From positions 1-42,089 of the forward strand of contig JAQYPI010000120.1 in assembly GCA_028726925.1 (NCBI GenBank): a DNA stretch of 42,089 bases, read 5' to 3'. This stretch comes from Bacillales bacterium (GTDB taxonomy: Bacteria; Bacillota_I; Bacilli_A; RFN20; CAG-826). The notes below the pieces were generated by a model, which saw only the letters and a program-made list of their open reading frames with translations, was not told the origin of the DNA and did no database searches. Position 1 is the stretch's first letter. Every line of letters starts with the position of its first letter. The translations under genes and the position numbers were made by a program. Shown piece by piece: positions 33,442 to 41,689 of the stretch.

Positions 33442-34253
33442 TCCTTTTTGCCTCCTTGGGTCTTTTTGGATTCTTGGTATTGACGCAGGGCATCGTTTTC
33501 TTGATCGAACCGGGATTTCTCGCCCTCGATTTCGCGGCGGTTCCTCTCGAGCTCACGGAGGTCTTCCGTGCTCAAGGTCCCGCCGTCAAGCAAGGCGGCT
33601 TCGTTGATTTCGGAGCCGTTTGCGAGTTCCTCGTAGTTGATCTTGGGGTTTGCCTTCTTCGCCTTTCTCGCTTCCGAGAGTTCCTTCTTCTCCTTGGCGG
33701 TCCGCTCGAGGTAGGCGTTCATGTCCACCACGAGGGTCTTTTGCGCGTAGGCGAGGAAGAACACGACGGCCCCAAGAACGATGTTCAGGAGGTCGAAGGC
33801 GATGAAGAGGGTGAGGTTCTTCAGGAAATCGTGATTGCCGAGGTTAGACAGGGCGCGGACGATTTCCATGCCGAGGCATCCCATCCCGTAATAGAGGGCC
33901 ATCCACCCGAGATTCCCTTCCATCTTGGGTTTGTTCCCTTTCATGAAGAATAGGAGGACGACCGCAAGACCGAAGTACCCAAGCGTGTAGCTGAGCCACA
34001 TCGAGACGGATTGCTCGCCGAGGAGAAACACCCGGACGAGGACCCCCACCGCGCCGGCGATCGGGGCGACGCCGATTCCCGCGATGCCCCAGCGGAAGAT
34101 GGCAATCAAGCCGAGAGCCGCGCTGAGGGACAGGAAGAAATCGGAAGTCGATTTTTTGTTGAGCAGGAACACGCAAACACCTTCGAACACGGAGGCCACC
34201 AAAGTCAGGATCGCAAGATCGAGGGCTTCGTAAGAACGTTTCGACATGTTCAT
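33438..34253 (-). CDS. Hypothetical polytopic membrane protein with a charged coiled-coil-like C-terminal tail (M1)
   Basis: About 5-6 TM segments followed by an ~90-aa tail rich in K/E/R. Its stop overlaps the permease ATG as ATGA at 33438-33441. The start is ambiguous: ATG at 34253 or 34247, or GTG at 34295, none with a clear SD. Confidence 0.65.
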   Translation of the reverse strand: MNMSKRSYEALDLAILTLVASVFEGVCVFLLNKKSTSDFFLSLSAALGLIAIFRWGIAGIGVAPIAGAVGVLVRVFLLGEQSVSMWLSYTLGYFGLAVVLLFFMKGNKPKMEGNLGWMALYYGMGCLGMEIVRALSNLGNHDFLKNLTLFIAFDLLNIVLGAVVFFLAYAQKTLVVDMNAYLERTAKEKKELSEARKAKKANPKINYEELANGSEINEAALLDGGTLSTEDLRELERNRREIEGEKSRFDQENDALRQYQESKKTQGGKKE

Positions 34254-34316
34254 TGGTGTTTCGATGTAACCGCTTACATATCCATAATATATCACGGGTT
34301 TTCAGTTTCGAACCGT

Positions 34317-34330
34317 TCTTGTATACAAGA
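34317..34330. promoter_or_regulatory. Perfect 14-bp palindrome TCTTGTATACAAGA, candidate GntR-type operator (copy 2)
   Basis: Its core 12-mer is identical to 23579-23590. It lies in the intergenic region upstream of M1 and the ABC operon, just upstream of an extended -10-like TGaTATATT on the minus strand (hexamer 34286-34291). Confidence 0.5.
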
Positions 34331-34410
34331 TTTCAAGGAATGCCGATTCCGCCTAGGTTTTTTCGCAACAACTTTTTCTTGACACGTTTTTGCTCGGGGC
34401 GTTTTGGGAG

Positions 34411-35247
34411 TCAGTTTTTCGACAAAGCGTTGATAATGAGCCGTTTCGACGCCGATATCGCGGGGGCTTTGACGCCCTCAAAAACCAGAATCGCGTCGGG
34501 GGCATGGGCCTTGACCGATGCCATCATGGCCTCGTAATGGAATTCCCCTTCTCCCGGGTTTGCCTGAATGAGTTTTCCGTCGCGGACCAAACCGTCCTTG
34601 ATGTGGATGATGCGGACCTTGCCTCGCAGCCGACGCAAGGCGTCCTCGAAGATCTCGTCCCGCTTCTCAAAATTCTCGGGGCATAGGAGGTTGAATAGGT
34701 CGACGGTCGCGTAGACGTGATCGCTATGGAGTTCCTCAAGGAGCCGGACATGCCGGTCGACGTCGCAGATGACATGGCCATAGGCGGATTCGATCGCGAT
34801 GTCCGCGCCGAGGGACTCGGCATGGGCGGCGAGGTCGGCAAAGACCGCTTTGGTTTGCTGATAACCTTCTTCCGTGCGGTTCCTCGGATGGTAAATCCAG
34901 GGGGAATCGTTGAAGGAACCCGTCTCGCTTCCCACGGGAGGATTCCCGGGAAATGCCGAGGCGATTTCTAGGTTCTTTTTGAAAAGGGCGATTCCGGAGG
35001 ATACGACGGAGGGGTCGGAGTGGACGGGGTTGAAATAGGCCCCTAACATGGCGACGGAAATGGATCGGTCCGAAAGCGCCTTCGCGACGCGCTTTGCGTA
35101 ATCCGGGGTGAATTCCGGGTCCTTCAGCGCTTTTTTGAAGACGAGCTGGATGAAGGAAAACCCGGCTTCTTGGATTGTTTTGGCCAGTTCTTCCGGCGTC
35201 CCGGAAGCGAATAGGTCATGGGCCCTGACACCGATTCTTTCGTTCAT
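34411..35247 (-). CDS. Sugar phosphate isomerase/epimerase (xylose-isomerase-like TIM barrel)
   Basis: MNERIGVRAHDL... with the alternating beta/alpha pattern and the ...IIHIKDG... block typical of AP-endonuclease-2/XI-like TIM barrels. An alternative start is the ATG at 35289. Confidence 0.78.
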   Translation of the reverse strand: MNERIGVRAHDLFASGTPEELAKTIQEAGFSFIQLVFKKALKDPEFTPDYAKRVAKALSDRSISVAMLGAYFNPVHSDPSVVSSGIALFKKNLEIASAFPGNPPVGSETGSFNDSPWIYHPRNRTEEGYQQTKAVFADLAAHAESLGADIAIESAYGHVICDVDRHVRLLEELHSDHVYATVDLFNLLCPENFEKRDEIFEDALRRLRGKVRIIHIKDGLVRDGKLIQANPGEGEFHYEAMMASVKAHAPDAILVFEGVKAPAISASKRLIINALSKN

Positions 35248-35280
35248 CTTTTTTCCGTTCCTCGCTATGATAAGGGCATT

Positions 35281-36252
35281 ATGGTTCATCTTTCCGATTT
35301 TGAGAATGCGCGAGTTTTGCGGGCCGCGTCCTTCCGCGACCTTCTTGTGCTCGCGGAACAAACGCGCGAAGAAAAAGGGGAAATCCCCTTGATCCTCGAT
35401 TGCGAGGGCGGGGAGGAAGAAGGGGAATTCCTTTTCCCGTTCTCCCATTGCCTCGTCCGTTTCCACGGGGCGGCGCTCATCTCCAAGCACTACGCCAACG
35501 AGCGGGATGAGCAAGGGAACGAGAGGACGACTTGGAAAACCGCCGCGTTGAAAATCACGGGCAGCCACAACATCTTCTTGAATCTTCGCGTCAAAAACGT
35601 CTCCGGGGACCCCGCGACGAAAGGCCAGCAAGTCGCCTTGGGGATCTACGCGGATGACAATGTCTTCCTCCGCTGCGCCTTTTCCTCGACGCAAGATACC
35701 CTTTTCGTAGGCCCGCTCCCGGATGACCTTTGCACCCGTTATCGGGGATTCTTGCCCGAGAACGAACGCTACTTCGAGGGAACGGCCCGCTCCTTCTTCT
35801 CCTCTTGCCTCATCGAAGGGAGCGTCGATTTCATCTTCGGGGCAGGCCAAGCCTTGTTCCTGGATTGCGCCATCAAGACCGTAAACGACGGGAGGGCGGA
35901 GACCTATGTCGCCGCGCCCTCGCACTCTTTGAAGGATCCCTTCGGCTTCGTTTTCGATCGCTGCCGTTTCGAAAAGAAAGGGGACGTACCATCGAATTCC
36001 GCCTATTTGGCCCGTCCGTGGCGCGAATACGGCAAAGCGGTTTTCCTCGATTGCCGTTACGAAGACCACGTCAAAAAGGAAGGCTTTTCCGACTGGAATG
36101 GGGAGGGTCGCGACGCGACCGCCCGGTTCTTGGAATCCCCCCTCCCCCAGGGGCGCGTCCCTTGGGGGAAGGAAATGAAAAACCCGGACTTCCTTGAGGA
36201 AATCCGGGATCTGTCCAAAGAACTTGAAACCGAAACTCAGCGCGTGAAATAG
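35281..36252 (+). CDS. CE8 pectinesterase (pectin methylesterase), no signal peptide
   Basis: Motifs GQQVALG..., QDTLF, GSVDFIFG and ARPWREYGKAVF. The start is ambiguous between the ATGs at 35281 and 35218. Confidence 0.85.
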   Translation: MVHLSDFENARVLRAASFRDLLVLAEQTREEKGEIPLILDCEGGEEEGEFLFPFSHCLVRFHGAALISKHYANERDEQGNERTTWKTAALKITGSHNIFLNLRVKNVSGDPATKGQQVALGIYADDNVFLRCAFSSTQDTLFVGPLPDDLCTRYRGFLPENERYFEGTARSFFSSCLIEGSVDFIFGAGQALFLDCAIKTVNDGRAETYVAAPSHSLKDPFGFVFDRCRFEKKGDVPSNSAYLARPWREYGKAVFLDCRYEDHVKKEGFSDWNGEGRDATARFLESPLPQGRVPWGKEMKNPDFLEEIRDLSKELETETQRVK

Positions 36253-37640
36253 GCTTTCGCGTTGCGGAAACTCACGTCCTCAACGATCTTGCCGAGGGTT
36301 TCTTCGTCGTTAGGATAACGACCTTCCTCGACCAAGGAGGCGAGGAAATCGCAGAGTTCCCTCCGGAAATAATCGTGGCGCGGATAGCTGAGGAAGCTGC
36401 GGGAATCCGTGAGCATCCCGATGAAGCAGGAAATGAGGCCATCGCTCGAGAGCTTTTTCATTTGGGAGAGCATGCCGTCGTAATGGTCGTTGAACCACCA
36501 CGCCGTCCCGACTTGGATCTTCCCTTTCTGCCCGCCTTGGAAGCAATTCATCAAAGTGACGAGGGAAATGTAATCCTTTTCATTCAAGGTGTATAGGACC
36601 GTCTTCGGGAGGGAAGCGGCTTCATCGAGCTCGTTGAGCAAGGCCGAGAGCTTTTCCGCGACGGGCAAATCCTCGACCGCGTCATAGCCCGTGTCGGGGC
36701 CCAAAACCGCGTAATTCCGTTTGGAATTGTCGCGCAAGGCGCCGATGTGGTACTGCTGGACCATGTTGTAGCGATGGTATTCCTTCCCGAGGAAAACGAG
36801 GAGGTACCCCTTATAGATATCCTCTTCTTCCGTGGTGATGGCCTCGCCTTGGAGGCCTTTTAAATAGACCGCGTTCGCCTCTTCATAGGTCGCTTTCTTG
36901 AAATGCACGACGTCGAGGGCGTGGTCGCTCGCGGCGCAGCCATGTTCCACGAAGAAGGCAAGCCGTTCCTTGAGGGCTTCGAGCAAATCACCCAAGGTCG
37001 GTAGCGCGCGTCCGACGACGCCTTCGAGGGTTTTCACCCAGGGGCGGAAGGTCGCGCGTTCCACGTTGATGGCTTTGTCCGGGCGCCAGCAAGGATAGAC
37101 CTTGGTTTTGAGGGTGGGGTCCTTGGCCATGAGCTCGTGATAATGCAAATCGTCGACCGGGTCGTCCGTCGTGAAGACGGTCTCGACGCGGTTGAGTTCC
37201 ATCATCTTTCGCGCGGTCATGGTTTTCAGGACTTCGTTGGCTTCGTCGAAGATCTCTTTCGCCGTCGCGGGGGAAAGGGGTTTCGTGATGCCGAAATACG
37301 TCTTGAGCTCGAGATGGGTCCATTCATAGATCGGGTTCCCGATGAAATAAGGCATGCATTCAGCGTATTTCTCGAATTTTTCGTACGCGGAGCGGTTGCC
37401 GGTGATATAGGATTCGTCGACGCCCATCTCGCGCATGAGGCGCCACTTGTAATGATCCCCATACCCGTTCTCCCCGAGCCAGGCTTCCGTGATGGACGAG
37501 AAGCGATGGTCTTCGTAGATTTGCTGCGGGACGAGGTGGCAATGGAAATCGAAAATCGGCATTTTGGCGGCATGGTCGCGGTAGAGTTTCTTCGCGAGCT
37601 CGCCGTGCAAGAGGAAGTCATCTCCCAAAAACTGTTTCAT
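36237..37640 (-). CDS. uxaC: Glucuronate isomerase
   Basis: MKQFLGDDFLL...MPIFDFHCHL...GDHYKWRLMR... is typical UxaC sequence. Length is 467 aa. AAGGAGAA lies upstream of the ATG at 37640. Confidence 0.93.
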   Translation of the reverse strand: MKQFLGDDFLLHGELAKKLYRDHAAKMPIFDFHCHLVPQQIYEDHRFSSITEAWLGENGYGDHYKWRLMREMGVDESYITGNRSAYEKFEKYAECMPYFIGNPIYEWTHLELKTYFGITKPLSPATAKEIFDEANEVLKTMTARKMMELNRVETVFTTDDPVDDLHYHELMAKDPTLKTKVYPCWRPDKAINVERATFRPWVKTLEGVVGRALPTLGDLLEALKERLAFFVEHGCAASDHALDVVHFKKATYEEANAVYLKGLQGEAITTEEEDIYKGYLLVFLGKEYHRYNMVQQYHIGALRDNSKRNYAVLGPDTGYDAVEDLPVAEKLSALLNELDEAASLPKTVLYTLNEKDYISLVTLMNCFQGGQKGKIQVGTAWWFNDHYDGMLSQMKKLSSDGLISCFIGMLTDSRSFLSYPRHDYFRRELCDFLASLVEEGRYPNDEETLGKIVEDVSFRNAKAYFTR

Positions 37641-37654
37641 GGTGTTCTCCTTTT

Positions 37655-39121
37655 TTATAACGTCACGCCTTCCTTGAAGAGGGCGATCTGATCCATTCCG
37701 AGGATCTCGGCCTTCGTTTCCTTCCCGCTTGCGATGTCGCAAAGCAAGTCGAGGAACCGGTCGCGGACGGGAAGGAAGCCTTCCTCGAGAACCGCTTCCG
37801 CGTCGAAGTCGATCCAAGACGGCTTCTTCGCGGCGAGTCGATGGTTCGTCGCGACCTTGATGGTCGGGATCAAGGAACCAAACGGGGTGCCTCTGCCGGT
37901 CGTGAAGCAGAGGATGTTGCACCCGGCGGCAAGGCAATTCGTCGAGGCGACGATGTCATTCCCGGGCCCGTTGAGAAGGGAGAGTCCCGGGGATTTGAGG
38001 GAATCCCCGTAATCGAGGACGTCCTCCACCTCGAGATGGCCGGCTTTGAGGACGCAGCCGCTCGATTTCTCCTCGAGGGTCGTGATGCCGCCGTCCTTAT
38101 TGCCGGGGGAAGGATTCTCGTAGCAAGGTTGCCCGTTTTTCGCGTAATAGGCCTTGAAATTCTCGATGAGGCCGACGATGCGATGGAAGGTTTCCTCGTC
38201 CTTCGCACGGTTCATGAGGGATTGCTCCGCGCCGAACATCTCGGGGACTTCCGTGAGGGCGACTTGGCCCCCGGCCCCGCCGATAACCTCGCTCACGTAG
38301 CCAAGCATCGGGTTCGCGGTGAGCCCGGAAAAGCCATCCGATCCCCCGCATTTTAGCCCGAGGGCGATCTTGGACAAGGGACAGGGGACCCTTTTTTCCT
38401 CTTTCGTGAAAGCATAGAGTTCCTCGAGTTTCTCGATGCCCGCCTCGATCTCGTCCTCGACCTCTTGGCACACGAGGACGCGAAGGCGCTGGGCCGGCAA
38501 ATCCGCGATCAGGGGATGGAACGTCTCCATCCGGTTGTTCTCGCATCCAAGGCCCAAGGCGAGCACGCCCCCAAAATTCGGGTTGTGGGCGATGCCGGAA
38601 AGAAGGTATGCGGTATGGGCATGATCTTCCCCGAGCTGGCTGCATCCGTAGGGATGGGAAGCGATTTTGACGCGCCTCGCCATTTCGGGGTGGCGGGCGA
38701 GGAAACCTTCGCGAATCGCGTGGGCTTGCCCGTTGACGCAGCCGACGGTCGGGAGGATGAGCAAGTCGTTGCGCGTCCCGACCTTCCCGGATTCGCGGGG
38801 GAATCCCAAGAATTCGCGATCAGAAGGCTCTTTCGGGGAGACGGTTCCCTTTTCGTAACGATAAACCGGAGCGTCGCTCAAGGACGTCTTCAATTCGTCG
38901 CTATGGATCCATTCCCCCGGTTCCACGTCGCGGGTGAGGATGCCGATGACGTTGCCGTATTTATGGAGAGGGGCTCCTTTTTTGAGGGCGCGAAGGGCGA
39001 TCTTGTGGGCTTGGGGGATATTCTCTTTCAATAGAATCCCGTTGACCGTCTCGCCTTTCTTCAAATCGCGCAAGGCGACGAGGACGTCGTCACTATCATG
39101 AATCAAAATCGCGTCATTCAT
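37655..39121 (-). CDS. uxaA: Altronate dehydratase
   Basis: N-terminal SAF domain (DDVLVALRDLKKGE), then the UxaA/GarD dehydratase body. Length is 488 aa. Confidence 0.9.
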   Translation of the reverse strand: MNDAILIHDSDDVLVALRDLKKGETVNGILLKENIPQAHKIALRALKKGAPLHKYGNVIGILTRDVEPGEWIHSDELKTSLSDAPVYRYEKGTVSPKEPSDREFLGFPRESGKVGTRNDLLILPTVGCVNGQAHAIREGFLARHPEMARRVKIASHPYGCSQLGEDHAHTAYLLSGIAHNPNFGGVLALGLGCENNRMETFHPLIADLPAQRLRVLVCQEVEDEIEAGIEKLEELYAFTKEEKRVPCPLSKIALGLKCGGSDGFSGLTANPMLGYVSEVIGGAGGQVALTEVPEMFGAEQSLMNRAKDEETFHRIVGLIENFKAYYAKNGQPCYENPSPGNKDGGITTLEEKSSGCVLKAGHLEVEDVLDYGDSLKSPGLSLLNGPGNDIVASTNCLAAGCNILCFTTGRGTPFGSLIPTIKVATNHRLAAKKPSWIDFDAEAVLEEGFLPVRDRFLDLLCDIASGKETKAEILGMDQIALFKEGVTL

Positions 39122-40583
39122 GGAGAAATGCCTCCAAAGCGGCCCTGGGGCCCAAGGTGCGGATATCGCGGAAATATTTCGCGAAGAGGGTCCGAATCAC
39201 GGTGTTTTCCGCGAGGTTTTTGCCGAAGAAAGCGGTCGAGCCGAGGAATTGGGTGATGAAAGCATCTTCATCGCCGGTCTTCTCGAGTTCTTCATAGAGG
39301 CGCGCCATCGCCGCGAGGTTCTCGGGGGAATCCTTGAGGGGAATCTCTTCTTCTTTCCCGTCTTTGACCCGCTTACCGGAATAGAACACGGCGAGGGAAG
39401 CGAGGGCGTAAACGAGGTGGCGCGGGGAAATGCCGAGGGCGATGTCGTCCTCGATGATCGGCAAGTCACGTTCCTTGAATTTCGGGATCGAGTTCAAGGC
39501 GATCGAAAGGAGGGCGTGATGGACGTAAGGATTGAGAAAACGGTCGAGGACGTCCGAGGCGAAACGGTCCGCGCCCGCGGTGTGGACGGTCGGCAGGGTT
39601 TCCGTTTCGATCTCACCTTTGAGGAAAGCGGCGACTTCGGGATCGAGCAAGGATTCGCGGACCTCGTCGTGGCCGAGCAGGTACGCGACGGGAACCAAGG
39701 AAGTGTGGGAGCCGTTGAGGATGCGGACCTTCCTTTGCTTGTAAGGGTGGACGTCCGGGACGTAAATCGCGTGGAGGCCGACCTTATGGACCGGGAAACG
39801 CTCTTCGACATAGGATTCTTCCTTGAGAACGAAGAGGTGAAAGTATTCCCCTTTTACCATGTTGTTGTCGACGTAGCCGAATTCTTCGCACAGGGAAGGG
39901 AATTCGTCGCGCGGGAAACCCGGGACGATGCGGTCGACGAGCGTCGAGGTGTAATGGCAATCCTCACGGAGGAAGGAAAGGAACCCTTCGTCCATGCCCC
40001 GTGCCTCGGCAAGATGCAAAAGCACTTCCTTGAGGCGGTCGCCATTATCGTCGATGAGCTCGCAAGGGAGGATGGCGAGGCCATGTCCGCGGCCGAGCGT
40101 GTCATAACGCCTCTTGAGCAAGGCGAGCAACTTCCCGGGGAAGGAAACGGGAGTTTCCGTTTCGAGGTCGATGGAGACGTCCTTTTCCTCGAAGCAGATG
40201 CCGGCTTCCGTCGTGTTGGAGACGATGACCTCCAAGTCCTTCGATTCGCCATAATGGAGGAAAGAGGCGTAATCATCGTAGGGGTTCACGAAATCGTCCA
40301 AGACATCGATGAGGCGGGTATCGCGGACGGCTTTCCCTTCCTCGTTGATGCCCTGCAGGATAAGGGTGTAAAGGCCGTCTTGCTCCTTGAGTTCCTTGAC
40401 TCTGCCAAAAGGCAAAGGCTGGACGACGACCACATGCCCCTCGTATTGGCCGGAATCGTTCATCTTCTGGATGAGCCAGTCGACGAAGGCGCGCAGAAAA
40501 TTCCCCTCGCCAAATTGCATGATCTTGATGGGGGCGGTCGTCTTCTTGGCGACCTTGGCGCTCAACATGGGCAACGTTTTCAT
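39114..40583 (-). CDS. uxaB: Tagaturonate reductase (altronate oxidoreductase)
   Basis: Long-chain mannitol-dehydrogenase family; the N-terminus IMQFGEGNFLRAFVDW is characteristic. It overlaps uxaA by 8 nt. Confidence 0.9.
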   Translation of the reverse strand: MKTLPMLSAKVAKKTTAPIKIMQFGEGNFLRAFVDWLIQKMNDSGQYEGHVVVVQPLPFGRVKELKEQDGLYTLILQGINEEGKAVRDTRLIDVLDDFVNPYDDYASFLHYGESKDLEVIVSNTTEAGICFEEKDVSIDLETETPVSFPGKLLALLKRRYDTLGRGHGLAILPCELIDDNGDRLKEVLLHLAEARGMDEGFLSFLREDCHYTSTLVDRIVPGFPRDEFPSLCEEFGYVDNNMVKGEYFHLFVLKEESYVEERFPVHKVGLHAIYVPDVHPYKQRKVRILNGSHTSLVPVAYLLGHDEVRESLLDPEVAAFLKGEIETETLPTVHTAGADRFASDVLDRFLNPYVHHALLSIALNSIPKFKERDLPIIEDDIALGISPRHLVYALASLAVFYSGKRVKDGKEEEIPLKDSPENLAAMARLYEELEKTGDEDAFITQFLGSTAFFGKNLAENTVIRTLFAKYFRDIRTLGPRAALEAFLHE

Positions 40584-40600
40584 AGAATAGAATCCTTTCT

Positions 40601-41689
40601 TTATCCACGAAGATATTCGCTGTAAGCCATCATGAACGGGCCGACCCCTTTGGAGTCGTCCGCCACGACGGGTTCGGATAGATAATAAGCGATCGATCCG
40701 TTCCGCCTCTCATTATCAAGGCCGGAGACGAGGCAAATGTTCTCCAAATGCCCGTCTTTGAGGTGAGCGCGGACGACGCCTTCGAAGATCGCCGCCCCAT
40801 GGGCGGTCTCTTCGTATGGGAGGAGGCCGATCCTAGCGCCTTTAAGATAACCATACGCGAGCATGATGCTGCCGCTCGTCTCTTCGTAATTGCCTTCGAC
40901 TTCCAGGGCGGGGAGGTCTTTGTAAAGGCGGGTTGTGGGGTTCTCAAACGGGGCGAGGGAGGAGAGGACGTGGCGAAGCTGCTTCTTGAAGAAGGGGACC
41001 CGATGGGAATACCCGTTCTCTTGCAGGATGGAAGCGACATCACAATCGGCCATCGCGAGCCAACCGACGGAACGGAGCCAGACATGGGGGCTTCTTCCCG
41101 TCTCGGGGTTGGCCCATTGCATCGTTTTCGTCTCGTCATAGCAATGATAATAAAGGCCGTCTTTCCCCACGTTGCAAGTCTCCACGTTCTTGAACTGCGT
41201 GACGAGGTCGGAAATGGCCTTGCGGTTCTTCGCTTTGCTCGCGACCATCGCGTAGAAAGGGGACGCCATGAAGAGGCCATCGAGCCATAGCTGGGATGGG
41301 TAGCGGTTCTTGTGGATGAAGGACCCGTTCTTGAGCCGCGGCTGGACCGGGAACTGGGCGGCCATGGCTTCGATGGCTTTCTCGAATTTCGCCACATGCT
41401 CCATTTCGTTGACTTGGAAAAGGGTAGCCCCGGGCTGGAGGTCGTCGAGATTCGCGTTTTGGATGGAGAAGTTTTCCATTTCCCCGTTCTCGCCGATGTG
41501 CTCCTCGAAATAACGGTTCACGAAATCGAGGTATTTCCTTTCCTTGGTCGCCTTGAAAAGGGAATAGGCGCCGTTGAGGACCACGCCATCCTCATAGCAC
41601 CAACGCCCGTTTTTGTAAGGCTTGTACTGGCTCAAGAACGCGTCGAGATACGCGTCGATGGCCTTCTTTTCGTTTTCGGTCAGTCCCAT
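40601..41689 (-). CDS. GH105/GH88-type unsaturated (rhamno)galacturonyl hydrolase
   Basis: WCYEDGVVLNGAYSLFKATKERKYLDFV... and PSQLWLDGLFMASPFYA match the YteR/YesR-like family. The ATG at 41689 has a perfect AGGAGG 5 nt upstream. Confidence 0.88.
   Translation of the reverse strand: MGLTENEKKAIDAYLDAFLSQYKPYKNGRWCYEDGVVLNGAYSLFKATKERKYLDFVNRYFEEHIGENGEMENFSIQNANLDDLQPGATLFQVNEMEHVAKFEKAIEAMAAQFPVQPRLKNGSFIHKNRYPSQLWLDGLFMASPFYAMVASKAKNRKAISDLVTQFKNVETCNVGKDGLYYHCYDETKTMQWANPETGRSPHVWLRSVGWLAMADCDVASILQENGYSHRVPFFKKQLRHVLSSLAPFENPTTRLYKDLPALEVEGNYEETSGSIMLAYGYLKGARIGLLPYEETAHGAAIFEGVVRAHLKDGHLENICLVSGLDNERRNGSIAYYLSEPVVADDSKGVGPFMMAYSEYLRG

Noticed and set aside
34411-36069. Long N-terminal extensions in the ORF track, for example 34411-36069, 36237-37937, 24155-25816, 23592-24770, 25674-26582, 27984-28706, 26912-28051, 21181-21942, 14725-15429 and 11873-12613.
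   Set aside because: The extensions are R/P/G-rich nonsense that overlaps the upstream gene. In most cases (M5 excepted) an internal ATG with a good SD, often just after or overlapping the upstream stop, begins the recognisable protein. Coordinates were trimmed accordingly.
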